A DNA stretch of 64,000 bases from an uncultured Gammaproteobacteria bacterium (lineage in GTDB: Bacteria > Patescibacteriota > Patescibacteriia > JAHIZJ01), in contig CAYJKP010000001.1 of assembly GCA_964371245.1 (NCBI GenBank), positions 507,042-571,041 of the forward strand, read 5' to 3'. The notes beneath the pieces were generated by a model. The model saw only the letters and a program-made list of their open reading frames with translations, had not been told where the DNA came from and did not search any database. Positions 1-10,657 of the stretch are shown piece after piece. Each line of letters starts with the position of its first letter. Position 1 is the first letter of the stretch. Position numbers and translations under genes: made by a program.

Positions 1-296
1 GCTTTATTGGCTTGTTTATACTTTCGTTCTAACGTGACGATCTTTCGATAGAGCCGGCGTATGCCGGTCATGATCGCCCGACCAACCGGGCTCAACACCT
101 TCAATACCTCGGCACCACCGCGGGTAAATTTACGTTCCAGTCGTCGCGAGATGATTTCGTTTTTCGTGGCCAACTCGCGTTCTTTTTTTAAACTTGTAAC
201 GTCAAGATGGCGCAGTTTATCCATTTTTCGTCTGGCGATATACCAAATGCCGATGAGTGCGGCCAGACCGATAATAATGAAAATAATATCAATCAT
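1..296 (-). CDS. N-terminally membrane-anchored hypothetical protein, 3' end outside the window
   Basis: Read by hand from ATG at 296: MIDIIFIIIGLAALIGIWYIARRKMDKLRHLD..., open to the window edge. It starts 1 nt after the stop of the upstream gene. Confidence 0.7.
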   Translation of the reverse strand, partial: MIDIIFIIIGLAALIGIWYIARRKMDKLRHLDVTSLKKERELATKNEIISRRLERKFTRGGAEVLKVLSPVGRAIMTGIRRLYRKIVTLERKYKQANK

Positions 297-297
297 G

Positions 298-1080
298 CTA
301 TTTTTTCATTGAAACTTCGATTATCGTATCGGCATTTACTCGAACATTCGCTGACTGGCGAAGCACGTTCAGACTCAGTACCTGCCCCGGTCCTTTGACG
401 GTTTTGATGGTTTCGCCAATTTGCGGGAGAGTTTTGGCGAGCTCCTGATATGTTTTCAGTTCAAAGGTTAAGCAACACTTCAACCGTCCGCAAATACCCG
501 ACAACCGTTCGCAACCGCGGTGTTCAACGCCTTGGATCTTCGCGTAATCAGATACCACGCTGGATAATTGTTTCAGAAAGCGCCGGCAGCATAACTCGCA
601 ACCGCACGGGCCAACATCGCCGCACAAACGCGCTTCATCACGGATACCCATCTGCTGGAGCCGTATCGTTTTCTGAAAATGCCTGGTCAGCTCCTTTACC
701 AACTCTCGAAAGTCGATCCGCTCCTCGGCGATGAAGCCGAAGATTATGCGACCGCCGTCATAGGCCACATGACAATCAACAAGCTTCATGTCGAGCTTAT
801 ACTTCTGGATCAATTCCTGGCAGTACTTCAATATCTCGTGGCGACGCTCGTTTTGCTGTTCTTGTCGCGTCAAATCTTCTGACGTCGCCTTTCTAAGAAT
901 CGTCTTTGGCATCGTCCGGGTATCATCAGCGTTCAATTCAACGCGTCCAACGACCTGAGCCAGGTCGATGCCGCATTCCATCTGAACCAAGACGCGTTCA
1001 CCCGGCGCAATCTCAAAATTGGGTTCGCTCGCGTAATGTAACTGGTCCCAGGGCTGGATTTGAAGAGCTATATGTTTCAT
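298..1080 (-). CDS. PSP1-domain protein (RicT/YaaT family)
   Basis: IDFRELVKEL, QMGIRDEAR, GPCGCELCC and SGICGRLKCCL motifs. Confidence 0.9.
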   Translation of the reverse strand: MKHIALQIQPWDQLHYASEPNFEIAPGERVLVQMECGIDLAQVVGRVELNADDTRTMPKTILRKATSEDLTRQEQQNERRHEILKYCQELIQKYKLDMKLVDCHVAYDGGRIIFGFIAEERIDFRELVKELTRHFQKTIRLQQMGIRDEARLCGDVGPCGCELCCRRFLKQLSSVVSDYAKIQGVEHRGCERLSGICGRLKCCLTFELKTYQELAKTLPQIGETIKTVKGPGQVLSLNVLRQSANVRVNADTIIEVSMKK

Positions 1081-1082
1081 CG

Positions 1083-1667
1083 TTAAATCGAGAAGTGTCC
1101 AATTGTTTTGAGGCGAATATTTTCGCCGAGTGAGGCAATGGCTTTCTTCATCAATTCATCAATGGTAACAGCGTCATCTTTTATAAATGGCTGTTTCAGT
1201 AAGCAATGTTCCGAATAATACTTTTCCATCTTTCCCAGAACGATTTTCTCGCGGATGTTGGCCGGCTTCCTCGGGTCGGCATCCTCTTCAAATTCTTTCT
1301 TTTTCTGCGCTTTCAACTCGTCCGGTACGTTCTCGATGTTCATGTAATCCGGCTTCGTCGCGGCGACTTGCATCGCTAAATCATGAGCCAGGGTCTGGAA
1401 CTGCTCTGTCCGGGCGACGAAGTCCGTCTCACAAAGCAGCACGACGACTGAGGCAACTTTTTTGTTGCTGTGAACATAAGTTTCAATCACGCCATGGGCG
1501 GTCGCACGGCCCGATTTCGACTCGGTAATTTTTTCACCGCGCTTGCGCAAATAGGCCAGAGCCTCTTTCATATCGCCGTCAGACTCTTGCAAGGCTCGTT
1601 TCGCTTCCATTATGCCGACGCCGGTTTTTTCTCTTATTTCCTGTATTTGTTGGGTTGTTATCGTCAT
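1083..1667 (-). CDS. tsf: elongation factor Ts (short form)
   Basis: IREKTGVGIMEAKRAL and CETDFVAR; follows rpsB. Confidence 0.97.
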   Translation of the reverse strand: MTITTQQIQEIREKTGVGIMEAKRALQESDGDMKEALAYLRKRGEKITESKSGRATAHGVIETYVHSNKKVASVVVLLCETDFVARTEQFQTLAHDLAMQVAATKPDYMNIENVPDELKAQKKKEFEEDADPRKPANIREKIVLGKMEKYYSEHCLLKQPFIKDDAVTIDELMKKAIASLGENIRLKTIGHFSI

Positions 1668-1684
1668 ATGATGATTGTTCTAAA

Positions 1685-2416
1685 TTATTCCTTTTTTTGA
1701 TCCTTTATTTCCGTCGCTGGCACTTGTTCAGCCCGATCCTTTTTCCCCTGCTGGATGCTCTCGCTGACCAGCCGGGTAATCAGCTCAATAGATTTGGTGG
1801 CGTCGTCATTGGCCGGAATCGGATAGGTCACCTGAGACGGATCATTGTTGGTGTCGATCATGGCCACGACTGGGATATTCTTTCGTTCCGCTTCTCGAAT
1901 GACGGTTTTTTCTATTTTTATATCTACGACAAATAACGCCTCGGGTACTTTCTTTAGATCAGCTAAGCCGCCGACAAGATTTTCCAACCGGTCGATCCGT
2001 TTTAAAAAGGTGGATTTTTCCTTTTTCGTATACTTTTCTAATTCCCCGCTCGCTTGCTGCTTTTTCAGGCCTGTCAGCTTTTCAATGAGTCGTTTTACAA
2101 TGCTGAAATTCGTGAGCAGTCCGCCAATCCAACGATTCACGATAAATGGCATGCCTGATTCTTTCGCATATTTCGTGATAATCCCCTGCGCCTGTTTCTT
2201 TGTCCCGATAAAAACAACAACCCCACCTTTTTGTGCGGTTTCTCGTAAAAATTGAAGGGCTTCGAGCAGCTTCTCCCGGGTTTTCTCAAGATCAATGATG
2301 TGAATGCCGCTTCGTTCGGTAAAAATGAAGGGCTTCATTTTTGGGTGCCATCGCGACCGCTGATGTCCGAAGTGCACCCCGCTCTGTAAGAGCTCGAGGA
2401 GTGTGATTTCTTGCAT
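1685..2416 (-). CDS. rpsB: 30S ribosomal protein S2
   Basis: GVHFGHQ..WHPKM, RWIGGLLTN, IPANDD. Confidence 0.99.
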   Translation of the reverse strand: MQEITLLELLQSGVHFGHQRSRWHPKMKPFIFTERSGIHIIDLEKTREKLLEALQFLRETAQKGGVVVFIGTKKQAQGIITKYAKESGMPFIVNRWIGGLLTNFSIVKRLIEKLTGLKKQQASGELEKYTKKEKSTFLKRIDRLENLVGGLADLKKVPEALFVVDIKIEKTVIREAERKNIPVVAMIDTNNDPSQVTYPIPANDDATKSIELITRLVSESIQQGKKDRAEQVPATEIKDQKKE

Positions 2417-2535
2417 AATTCGTTCTTTTTAGCCTCTATCTCATTGTTACGTCGCGTTAAACCAGTGCTCAACGAGACTGGCAAGAACCGCGACATTTTC
2501 ACGTTTTACCGTGAAAATGAGATATGTGGGATATA
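2417..2535 (-). promoter_or_regulatory. structured rpsB 5' leader (likely S2 autoregulatory element)
   Basis: On the minus strand CCCACA-UAUCUCAUU...AAUGAGAUA-GAGG closes a base stem, with internal hairpins (TTTTCACG/CGTGAAAA, GTCGCG/CGCGAC). Resembles known S2 leaders. Confidence 0.55.
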
Positions 2536-2554
2536 AGTTTTTTAGACAACGGGT

Positions 2555-2615
2555 ATCATATCAGAAATCCGATGAGCCGGCAAGTCTTGCCAAAAATGGC
2601 GCGGCCTGGTATACT
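2555..2615. promoter_or_regulatory. back-to-back sigma70-type promoters for rpsB (-) and rpmE (+)
   Basis: Minus: TTGCCG(2583-2578)-17-TATGAT(2560-2555). Plus: TTGCCA(2587-2592)-17-TATACT(2610-2615). Confidence 0.7.
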
Positions 2616-2648
2616 ACTTTCGTCTAATATTTATTGTTCCTGAGTGAA

Positions 2649-2879
2649 ATGAAAAAGAAACTTCATCCAACCTACTATCCAAAAGCGAAGGTTACCTGCG
2701 CGTGTGGGAATCAGTTTGAAACTGGTTCAACCGTCCCTGAAATTAATATCGAGGTTTGTTCGTCATGTCATCCCTTCTATACCGGCAAACAGAAGCTCGT
2801 CGACTCGGCCCGACGGGTTGATCGCTTCAAGCGTCTGGTGGAAAAGAAAACTCAATTCAAGCCGAAAAAATCGAAATAA
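2649..2879 (+). CDS. rpmE: 50S ribosomal protein L31 (Zn-binding type)
   Basis: [21 protein letters not shown]; start trimmed to ATG 2649. Confidence 0.97.
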   Translation: MKKKLHPTYYPKAKVTCACGNQFETGSTVPEINIEVCSSCHPFYTGKQKLVDSARRVDRFKRLVEKKTQFKPKKSK

Positions 2880-2893
2880 GGCGTTTCGACGAC

Positions 2894-2922
2894 ATCCCAC
2901 TGTTATCACCGGTGGGATTTTG
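2894..2922 (+). terminator. hairpin plus short T run between rpmE and prfA
   Basis: ATCCCACTG-ttatcac-CGGTGGGAT-TTTGT. Confidence 0.45.
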
Positions 2923-2931
2923 TACAGGCCT

Positions 2932-3975
2932 ATGAAAAATGAATTGAAAGACATCCGAGCACGCCTTGCCTCCCTCGAACACGAACTTCAAAGTCCGGAG
3001 GTTATTCATAATCCTGAAGCATTGCGTAAAACTTCGCAAGAATACGCCCGCGTGACTCAGCTCGCTGAGCTGCTGGAACGACTTGATTCTATCCGTTCCC
3101 AAATTCAGAATTTGCACACAACGCTTTCAAAGTCGGAGGAGTCCGATCTGCACGAATTGGCAAACCAAGAATTACGCACGCTCGAAAAAGAACGGACTCA
3201 ATTGGAAACGACCATCGAAGATGAAATGCATCCGCCCGACCCGCGCGATCAAAAAAATATAATCGTTGAAATACGCGCCGGAACCGGTGGCGATGAGGCG
3301 ACATTATTTGCCGCCGAATTATTTCGTATGTATAGCCGCTTTGCCGAAAAACGCGGCTGGAAATCGCATATCATATCGTCAAATCGGACAGGGCTTGGTG
3401 GTTTCAAGGAAATTATCATGGAGATTATCGGTACCAACGTCTTTAGTCAATTGAAATATGAAAGTGGCGTTCATCGCGTTCAGCGCATTCCGGAAACAGA
3501 AAAATCAGGCCGGATTCACACTTCTGCCGCCACCGTCGCGATCTTGCCTGAAGCCGAGACAACCGATATTGAAATAAAGCCGGAAGACATAGAAATCCAA
3601 GCGTCAACCGCCGGCGGACACGGCGGTCAAAGCGTTAATACAACCTATTCGGCGATCCGGATATTGCATAAGCCGACCGGTATCGTCGTTCAATGCCAGG
3701 ACGAACGATCGCAATTGCAAAATCGCGAGCGCGCCATGCAGGTATTACGTTCGCGCTTGTTAGCGCGCGAGGAGGAACGAAAGCACCGCGAACGAGCCAC
3801 CGATCGTAAAAATCAAATCGGCAGCGGCGATCGTTCTGAAAAGATTCGTACCTATAACTTTCCACAAGATCGACTGACCGACCATCGGATCCAAAAGAAC
3901 TGGTACGGCTTGCAAGCGATTCTTGACGGCAATCTTGAGGAAATCATACGCAGTTTGCGAGAACCGAAAAAATGA
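2932..3975 (+). CDS. prfA: peptide chain release factor 1
   Basis: [14 protein letters not shown] (PxT), [15 protein letters not shown]; start trimmed to ATG 2932. Confidence 0.98.
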   Translation: MKNELKDIRARLASLEHELQSPEVIHNPEALRKTSQEYARVTQLAELLERLDSIRSQIQNLHTTLSKSEESDLHELANQELRTLEKERTQLETTIEDEMHPPDPRDQKNIIVEIRAGTGGDEATLFAAELFRMYSRFAEKRGWKSHIISSNRTGLGGFKEIIMEIIGTNVFSQLKYESGVHRVQRIPETEKSGRIHTSAATVAILPEAETTDIEIKPEDIEIQASTAGGHGGQSVNTTYSAIRILHKPTGIVVQCQDERSQLQNRERAMQVLRSRLLAREEERKHRERATDRKNQIGSGDRSEKIRTYNFPQDRLTDHRIQKNWYGLQAILDGNLEEIIRSLREPKK

Positions 3976-4841
3976 CCATCGCTCAGACGCTCCAATATGC
4001 GCTGAAGCGGTGCCGCGCTACATCTCAACCAGCTCAGCTTGATGCTGAGGTTTTGTTATCGTTTGTTCTGGGACATCCGATAGAATACCTTTTGAGCCAT
4101 CCTGAACAGGTCGTCTCGACACTGCATAAAGTACGGTACGATCGGTTGCTTAAGAAGCGTGCTCTTGGCTGGCCGATTGCCTATTTGGTGGGCGAAAAAG
4201 AATTCTACAAGCTTCGTTTTTTTGTTTCACCAAACGTGTTAATCCCGCGACCGGAGACTGAACAATTGGTTGATTATCTAATAAACTACCCTTTATCTCA
4301 TCGGGCGAGAATCCGCATTGCAGACATCGGCACTGGTTCTGGCAATCTCGTTGTGACCTTGGCGCAATATCTAAAAAAAGCAAACTTTATCGCTACCGAC
4401 ATTTCGCGCGCCACCCTAAACATCGCAGCCAAAAATGCTCGGCTACACAAAGTTGCAAATCGGATACAGTTTCGTCATGGCTCGTTATTATCACCAATCC
4501 GACACTCTCGTGTTGACATCGTGGTTGCGAATTTGCCATATCTGACCAAATATCAAATTCGTCATTCGCCAACTCCTGAAATACGGTTTGAGCCGGGACG
4601 CGCCCTTGACGGCGGACGACATGGTTTTGAAAAAATTCATGCTTTCCTTCGGCAACTATCTAAAAGTAAAGTATTGGCCGGATTGATCGCTCTTGAGATT
4701 GACCCAGCGCAAAAAAAACTGTTATTTACAGCAGTTCAAAAATTGCTTCCATCCTATACGATTACGTTTCTGTCTGACTATTCTAGAAAAATACGTTTTG
4801 CTGTTTTACGGTCAACCGACCAAAAACAATTTCGGCCTTAA
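3972..4841 (+). CDS. prmC: release factor glutamine methyltransferase
   Basis: [20 protein letters not shown]; ATGA overlap with prfA. Confidence 0.95.
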   Translation: MTIAQTLQYALKRCRATSQPAQLDAEVLLSFVLGHPIEYLLSHPEQVVSTLHKVRYDRLLKKRALGWPIAYLVGEKEFYKLRFFVSPNVLIPRPETEQLVDYLINYPLSHRARIRIADIGTGSGNLVVTLAQYLKKANFIATDISRATLNIAAKNARLHKVANRIQFRHGSLLSPIRHSRVDIVVANLPYLTKYQIRHSPTPEIRFEPGRALDGGRHGFEKIHAFLRQLSKSKVLAGLIALEIDPAQKKLLFTAVQKLLPSYTITFLSDYSRKIRFAVLRSTDQKQFRP

Positions 4842-6013
4842 AGGGACGATTCCGTATACAATATTTCACGATCTTCGGGGACTACTGAAACCCAGGTCGT
4901 GCCGCGATTAAGCTCAATTTCATTGCCTTGCGCATCATAGAAAAGGGTTCGGCTGAGGCGGTCTTTTTTTTGCCACGTCCCGACTATTTCCACACCGTCG
5001 CGAAAAACGAACGCGCGGCCTTGACCAGAAATATCCAGCGTTACCCTGCCCTTTTCGCCATATGAGGAAATTTTCGGAACAACGACAATGACCACGTTCT
5101 TCGCCATCAGCTGGTTGCCGGTTTCGGCATCGAGGTGCGGCTGGGCCGCGGCTTGGAATTTTGCGTAGACGTTTTTTTCGACATCGTAAACATAGCGTGA
5201 CGTCCAGGTCTGCCCGCTCGAAAAATGAATTTCAATCGTTTCCATTTTCAGCGGTCGTTGCGCCAGCGGCTGCTCGTCTTTAAATTTCCACGCTTGATAG
5301 GTGGCCGGCTGACTGTCGTATTTCAAATCCCGGCGGGCTCGATCGATCAATTCGAAACTCGTATAGACATTGTGCGGCGCGTACCGATCCGTCGACCGCC
5401 AGTAATATTGTCCGTTACGAAATTGGCTGAAATCCTTAATACCCAGGCCCGAAATCGCCGCCAATGCTTCTGGGCTACCGCCGACGTGTCCATACATGGC
5501 GTCATATTCGGAAACCCACTCGAGATAGCAGGGACGAGCCGAGCGCACTGGTCCGATTTTGTCCGACCGGCCACCGGCAAAAACCGCCATGATACGGGTC
5601 GCGCCGCCCTCAACCAGCGTTTCATATAAGACTGAGGCGCCCTCTAAACCGCTTTGCGGCCAGGCCGGCGGAATATTGTCGATCATGATGGCAACGGGGT
5701 ATGGGTTCGCATCTTCGGGCGAGACGAGCACCCCGTCAATCCGCCGCGGCACGAGATTAGAAGTCGGTTCGACAGTTTGACTCGGTGTGGTTGCTGGCGA
5801 ATCGGTAGCGGTATTTAGAATGCTAGGCGCATTTTCTTTTTCCGGCATTGCCCAAGCAAATGGTTTCCAGCTCCTCACGGAAAAGCCAAACAGCACCCCC
5901 CAGAGCAACGCGCTGCCGATGATCACAAAAGCAACGATCGCCAGCCAGCGCCGTTGCTTCAGATATTCGATTACTCGAAAAATGATTGTTTTGTTTTTTG
6001 TTTTTTCAGACAT
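4838..6013 (-). CDS. DUF3048 (YerB-like) membrane-anchored protein
   Basis: PVAIMIDN..PQSGL..YETLVEGGATR..IGPVRSAR..APHN; N-terminal TM segment. Confidence 0.85.
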   Translation of the reverse strand: MSEKTKNKTIIFRVIEYLKQRRWLAIVAFVIIGSALLWGVLFGFSVRSWKPFAWAMPEKENAPSILNTATDSPATTPSQTVEPTSNLVPRRIDGVLVSPEDANPYPVAIMIDNIPPAWPQSGLEGASVLYETLVEGGATRIMAVFAGGRSDKIGPVRSARPCYLEWVSEYDAMYGHVGGSPEALAAISGLGIKDFSQFRNGQYYWRSTDRYAPHNVYTSFELIDRARRDLKYDSQPATYQAWKFKDEQPLAQRPLKMETIEIHFSSGQTWTSRYVYDVEKNVYAKFQAAAQPHLDAETGNQLMAKNVVIVVVPKISSYGEKGRVTLDISGQGRAFVFRDGVEIVGTWQKKDRLSRTLFYDAQGNEIELNRGTTWVSVVPEDREILYTESSL

Positions 6014-6017
6014 ATTT

Positions 6018-7100
6018 TTATTGGTAGGTTACGCTCCGATCGGTCGGGAGCACTTCAACCCAGGTCGTACCCCGATTAAATTCAATTTCTTTTCCGGATG
6101 AATCATAATAGCGGGTCCGTGATTCTCGGGTCGGTTTTTTCCAAGTCCCGACGATTTCATTTCCGTCAAAATACATTTTGGCATTACCCTCACCGATCGT
6201 CTCAATCGCCAAACGGTTTTCGTCATCAGCCAACCGTGTCTTGGTAAATTGGACAACAACATTTTTCGTACGAATGACGGCGTCATTTTCCATGACATGC
6301 TCAGCGCCGGCTTGATACCGAACATAGTCATTCGTTTCTGGATCGTACTTATATTCAACTTGGTAGCTATAGCTTGAAAAATTCAACGTCAACGTTTTGG
6401 TTGTTTCCGAGGGATGTTCCTTATTTTTGTATTCCCACGACTCGAATGACCCTGTTGGACCCCATTTCTTTGAGACGACCGCACGCGCTAACAATTCAGA
6501 TGATGTGTAGAGGTTATGCGGCGCGGCGCGTTCTTTGGCCCGCCAAAAATTTGGGCTGTTATAAAACTGATTTAAATCAAGAATATCGTACTGCGGAATC
6601 AACCGAAGCGCCTCCGGACTACCACCGACGTGAATGTACGCGGCGCTCAGTTCTTTTGCCCAATCAAGATAATACGTCCGCGCCGATCGAACTGGACCGA
6701 TTTTTTCTATTTCCTCTCCGGAGGCAAAAACGGCCAAAAACCGTGTAATCCCACCTTCGGCCAGCGCTTCATACACCAGATTGGCCCGATCAAGGCCTGA
6801 CTGGGGGCGAGACGTAACCATATTTTCTATCATGACCGCGACTGGAAATTTATTCTCCCAGCCCGAAGGTATCATTTTGCCATCGATCATCCGCGGCAAC
6901 TGGGCTTTGTTCGTATTACTGTTGTTCAGATTGCTCACGTTTCCGTTCTGATTGGTGACAGTCTTTTCGCCACCGAATACGACCAGGCCGATGATCACGA
7001 CTATTGCTACTAAGACCGTAATTCCAACGGGAATGACAATTTTTTTATTCTTTTTTAATTTTTCAACGAATGATGTTTTTGACTCTCCATTTGTCGCCAT
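6018..7100 (-). CDS. DUF3048 (YerB-like) membrane-anchored protein, second paralogue
   Basis: PVAVMIEN..PQSGL..EGGITR..IGPVRSAR..APHN; start trimmed to ATG 7100 after the rplY stop. Confidence 0.85.
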   Translation of the reverse strand: MATNGESKTSFVEKLKKNKKIVIPVGITVLVAIVVIIGLVVFGGEKTVTNQNGNVSNLNNSNTNKAQLPRMIDGKMIPSGWENKFPVAVMIENMVTSRPQSGLDRANLVYEALAEGGITRFLAVFASGEEIEKIGPVRSARTYYLDWAKELSAAYIHVGGSPEALRLIPQYDILDLNQFYNSPNFWRAKERAAPHNLYTSSELLARAVVSKKWGPTGSFESWEYKNKEHPSETTKTLTLNFSSYSYQVEYKYDPETNDYVRYQAGAEHVMENDAVIRTKNVVVQFTKTRLADDENRLAIETIGEGNAKMYFDGNEIVGTWKKPTRESRTRYYDSSGKEIEFNRGTTWVEVLPTDRSVTYQ

Positions 7101-7104
7101 AATG

Positions 7105-7818
7105 TTATTTTGAAGTTTCTTTTGAATCAGTTTTTTGTTCTTTGGCTGGAGTCTCGCCTTCCGCCTCGTCTTCCTCAGCTTCCTTTTCTTTTTTCTCCAC
7201 TTTTTCGACTTCTTCAACCTTCTCTTCAACAACCTGGTCAAGTTCCTTTAATTCATCTTCACTGCGCGGCGGTTTGACGAGCGCAATGGTTTCATCGGCT
7301 TTTTCGACAACCGTGATATTGGCCGGTATGGCGATGTCTTTCACATAAATCATGTCTTCAAACGTTTTCAGCGGCGTTAAATCAACTTGGATCTCATGCA
7401 CAAGATCTTCAGGCAAACACTCGACTTTTATCCGATCCAAACTTTTGACGAGAACGCCACCCAGTTCTTTTACAGCCGGCGATTCGTTGATAAAGCTCAA
7501 TTCAATATCAGCCGTAATCTTCTTCTTGAGATCAACCTGATATAGATCGACGTGTTCAAAGCGCTCGGTTAAGGGATTGCGTTGGACCGCGTGGATCAAT
7601 ACTTTTACCGGTTTGCCGCTTTCAGTTGCCAAATCAACTAAACTAGACTCGCCGGCTTGCTTATACACCGTTTCAAATGTTCGATAATCGAGTTGTAACG
7701 GTTGCGTTTTGATTTTCGACCCGTACAGGATAGCGGGTATTTTCCCCTCCTTCCGCAAGGTGTGCACTTTTTTGCCAAGGACCTTCCGGGTTTGCGCCTG
7801 TAATACAAGTTCTGACAT
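7105..7818 (-). CDS. rplY: 50S ribosomal protein L25/Ctc
   Basis: LRKEGKIPAILYG, HVDLY, acidic tail. Confidence 0.95.
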   Translation of the reverse strand: MSELVLQAQTRKVLGKKVHTLRKEGKIPAILYGSKIKTQPLQLDYRTFETVYKQAGESSLVDLATESGKPVKVLIHAVQRNPLTERFEHVDLYQVDLKKKITADIELSFINESPAVKELGGVLVKSLDRIKVECLPEDLVHEIQVDLTPLKTFEDMIYVKDIAIPANITVVEKADETIALVKPPRSEDELKELDQVVEEKVEEVEKVEKKEKEAEEDEAEGETPAKEQKTDSKETSK

Positions 7819-7822
7819 GTGT

Positions 7823-8176
7823 TTAGACAGTAGATTTTAGATATGAAATAATACTGCGTTCAGATGTTAGTGTTGAATAAACGGTTAAGACATCATCGCT
7901 GGAAACCGGCTGATTGTTTTTTAATCGGATCGCATCATCGCTCGATAGATCAGTCAATAAGCCGATCGAACTGACACCCATTGCCCCGGCCATAATCAAC
8001 GCGACGATTGACGATCCGCACTTTCGGCATTGGATATGGATTAAATGAGCGCCTTCCTTTTCCTCTAAAATACGGGCTGATAATGGATTATATTGCGTGT
8101 TGCATAATGGACAATACGAAACAACGCGGATACTCTCATTTGGATACATTAACGGTAGTCCCGAGGCGCTTTTCAT
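7823..8176 (-). CDS. hypothetical zinc-ribbon protein
   Basis: CPLC...HIQCRKC; upstream TTGACT-17-TATAAT promoter on the minus strand. Confidence 0.75.
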   Translation of the reverse strand: MKSASGLPLMYPNESIRVVSYCPLCNTQYNPLSARILEEKEGAHLIHIQCRKCGSSIVALIMAGAMGVSSIGLLTDLSSDDAIRLKNNQPVSSDDVLTVYSTLTSERSIISYLKSTV

Positions 8177-8244
8177 AGATATTTCGACCTATTTAGCAGT
8201 TTAATTATATCAAATTTTGAGATTTAGTCAACTGTAATCAGTTT

Positions 8245-9348
8245 TTAGGAGGTTGACCGGTGCGTAATAATCGCTTGAACAATCCCGACAGCGATACAAT
8301 TTGTCAGTAATGAGCTTCCGCCAGCACTGACAAACGGCAATGGAAGCCCGATAACCGGCGCTAAGCCAAGATTCATGCCGATATTTATGAGCATCTGCGA
8401 AAATATCATGATCATGATGCCAATTGTCAAAAAAAGCGAAAAATCATCGCGTGATTTTCTGACCACGCGCATAAAGCGAAAGAAAAGAAGCACAAATATG
8501 GTCAAGGTAAAGGTTGTTCCGACTATACCAAGTTCTTCACCAATGACAGCGAAAATAAAGTCTGTTTGCTGTTCGGGTAAGAATTTTAACTGGCTTTGCG
8601 TTCCAAAGCCGAGTCCCCGGCCGAATATTTGCCCCGAGCCAATGGCCACGATCGATTGTCGGAGATTATAGCCGGTTGACAGCGGATCGCGTGACGGGTT
8701 TAAAAACGTCACGATCCGATCTTTTTGATAATCTCGCAAGACAAAGGCCCAACCCAGGCTGGCGACAACGGCCACCATGAGCAACACAGCGACAATGTAT
8801 GATCGCCGTACATTAAGTAACATGAGAAAGCCGAGCCAGATGATAAAATATATTATCGCCGAGCCCAAATCCGGTTCAGCCAGAACCAAGCCAACATACA
8901 CGAGGGTTAATAAGCCGCTGACAATAAGTCTTTGTGGTCGATAAAAATCCTGACCATGCCGGGAGACATATTGGGCCAATACAATAATAAGGATTATTTT
9001 TACAAATTCGACCGGTTGGATACCATAAGAGCCGATAAATAACCAGCCCGTCGTACCATGAATCGTTTTTCCAAATACGAGCACGACCCCGAGCAAGGCT
9101 AGGCCGATCAGATACAAAATCGGACTGTAGGCGCGCAACTGTCGGAAATCAATCAAGCTGAGGCCGAACATACCGAAAATACCGACAATAACAAAGACGA
9201 GCTGCTTCGTAAATATCGTCCGCACCGAGGCGTCTTGATTCATTGTCGTGCTATAGATCGAAAGCAAGCTCAAACTCAGCAATAACAAAATAAGGCTGAA
9301 AATCAGCCAATCGGTCCTTTTTAGATACGCAAAATAGCGGAAAAACAT
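8245..9348 (-). CDS. rodA: SEDS family rod shape-determining protein
   Basis: IQPVEFVK, EPDLGSA, FLPEQQTDFIF, LPFVSAGGSS. Confidence 0.92.
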   Translation of the reverse strand: MFFRYFAYLKRTDWLIFSLILLLLSLSLLSIYSTTMNQDASVRTIFTKQLVFVIVGIFGMFGLSLIDFRQLRAYSPILYLIGLALLGVVLVFGKTIHGTTGWLFIGSYGIQPVEFVKIILIIVLAQYVSRHGQDFYRPQRLIVSGLLTLVYVGLVLAEPDLGSAIIYFIIWLGFLMLLNVRRSYIVAVLLMVAVVASLGWAFVLRDYQKDRIVTFLNPSRDPLSTGYNLRQSIVAIGSGQIFGRGLGFGTQSQLKFLPEQQTDFIFAVIGEELGIVGTTFTLTIFVLLFFRFMRVVRKSRDDFSLFLTIGIMIMIFSQMLINIGMNLGLAPVIGLPLPFVSAGGSSLLTNCIAVGIVQAIITHRSTS

Positions 9349-9369
9349 GCTGGAAGCGTTATGTCAATG

Positions 9370-10218
9370 TTAGACCGGTATAATATTACTCTTATTGAGA
9401 TTATCAGTTATCACAAAAAGGTCAATCTTTGTGGCGGCGGTGAGGTCTTGGGTAAAACGAATGTCAATCGGACGCGTTTCGTGAAGCGCCAAATCTTGGA
9501 GCGTCGTGATGCTGACCGCGATCGGTTTGTTACCCTGCGATATTACCACGACGAGCTCTAGCGAGCGGAAACCGAACAAACTTAAATTCGTGAGCTTCCC
9601 GGTCACTCGGTGCTTGGTATATTGATCGCTTAAATCCTCGAGCAAGACATTGTCAGTCCGAAATTCAGGCAATAAATAATTTTCCGGATTATCGAGCATT
9701 TGCCAATCGGCGTTTCCAAATTGGACCGTGCTTTTCTCCGTTTCGCTCGCATCCGGGTCAGTGGTATGGAAGTTTCTGGTGACAATCACCCGCTCTTCAC
9801 CGGGCAAGAGATAGGTCGTCGCCGTGCTTGACTTCTGTCCGGCAAAAACCACCGAATATTCTATCGACCGAGCGTACCATTGTTCGTTTGGGTTTTTCAC
9901 CCAGGTAATCACGTCGTAGATACCAGAACCGGCCGGGACTACTTTTGATTCGCTGACGACGACGTTTTTGGGCGCAATCACTACTCGGGCTTTTGACCAA
10001 TTGACAGATTGATCAATCATTTGTTGCGGCCATGTTTTTGCCGCCGGTAAATAGGCCAGGTAGCTGATGATCGGATAAAACACTTTGAAGTAGATGAAGA
10101 CGTTCGCGACCAGCAACAAAATAATCAATCCACGACGGATGAATTTTTTTGACGTTAAATACCAGTAACTGAATTTAAGTTGTTTATCGGTGATATCTTG
10201 GGTTTCCGGCTGTGGCAT
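9370..10218 (-). CDS. hypothetical single-TM protein with extracytoplasmic beta-rich domains
   Basis: 282-aa ORF with one N-terminal TM segment, colinear with rodA. Confidence 0.7.
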   Translation of the reverse strand: MPQPETQDITDKQLKFSYWYLTSKKFIRRGLIILLLVANVFIYFKVFYPIISYLAYLPAAKTWPQQMIDQSVNWSKARVVIAPKNVVVSESKVVPAGSGIYDVITWVKNPNEQWYARSIEYSVVFAGQKSSTATTYLLPGEERVIVTRNFHTTDPDASETEKSTVQFGNADWQMLDNPENYLLPEFRTDNVLLEDLSDQYTKHRVTGKLTNLSLFGFRSLELVVVISQGNKPIAVSITTLQDLALHETRPIDIRFTQDLTAATKIDLFVITDNLNKSNIIPV

Positions 10219-10344
10219 ATTGACCTTTCGCTATGTTTATAGTGTAGCAAATTTTTTCTTTTTCAACAAACGCGTGTTTATGCTATACTGGGTATGCAAT
10301 TTTTTTTATCACTATCGGCCGATCCGGCCAAAGGGGGTTTTTGT

Positions 10345-10650
10345 ATGTTCGACACCTCGAAAGACATTCTCAATTTGATTATTGCGGCCTGCGTCGCGGT
10401 TTTTACCTTTTTTCTCTGCTACCTCTTGTATTACATTATCTCAATGTTGAAGCAGGCCAATAAAACCGTCACGGAAATCCGACAACGAATTGAGTCATTT
10501 GACGCCTTGCTCGAGTCGGTCAAGGAAAAACTTACACACTCGTCGAATTATCTCGCTCTCCTCGTAAAGAGTATCGTCTCGCTCATGGAATTTGTTAAAG
10601 AACGCAAAGACAAAAAGTCGGCCAAGTCGAAAAAAACCTATACGCCATAA
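10345..10650 (+). CDS. hypothetical TM plus coiled-coil protein
   Basis: AAGGGGG before ATG 10345; TM segment then a helical segment; ends 7 nt before dnaE. Confidence 0.7.
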   Translation: MFDTSKDILNLIIAACVAVFTFFLCYLLYYIISMLKQANKTVTEIRQRIESFDALLESVKEKLTHSSNYLALLVKSIVSLMEFVKERKDKKSAKSKKTYTP

Positions 10651-10657
10651 TACACGA

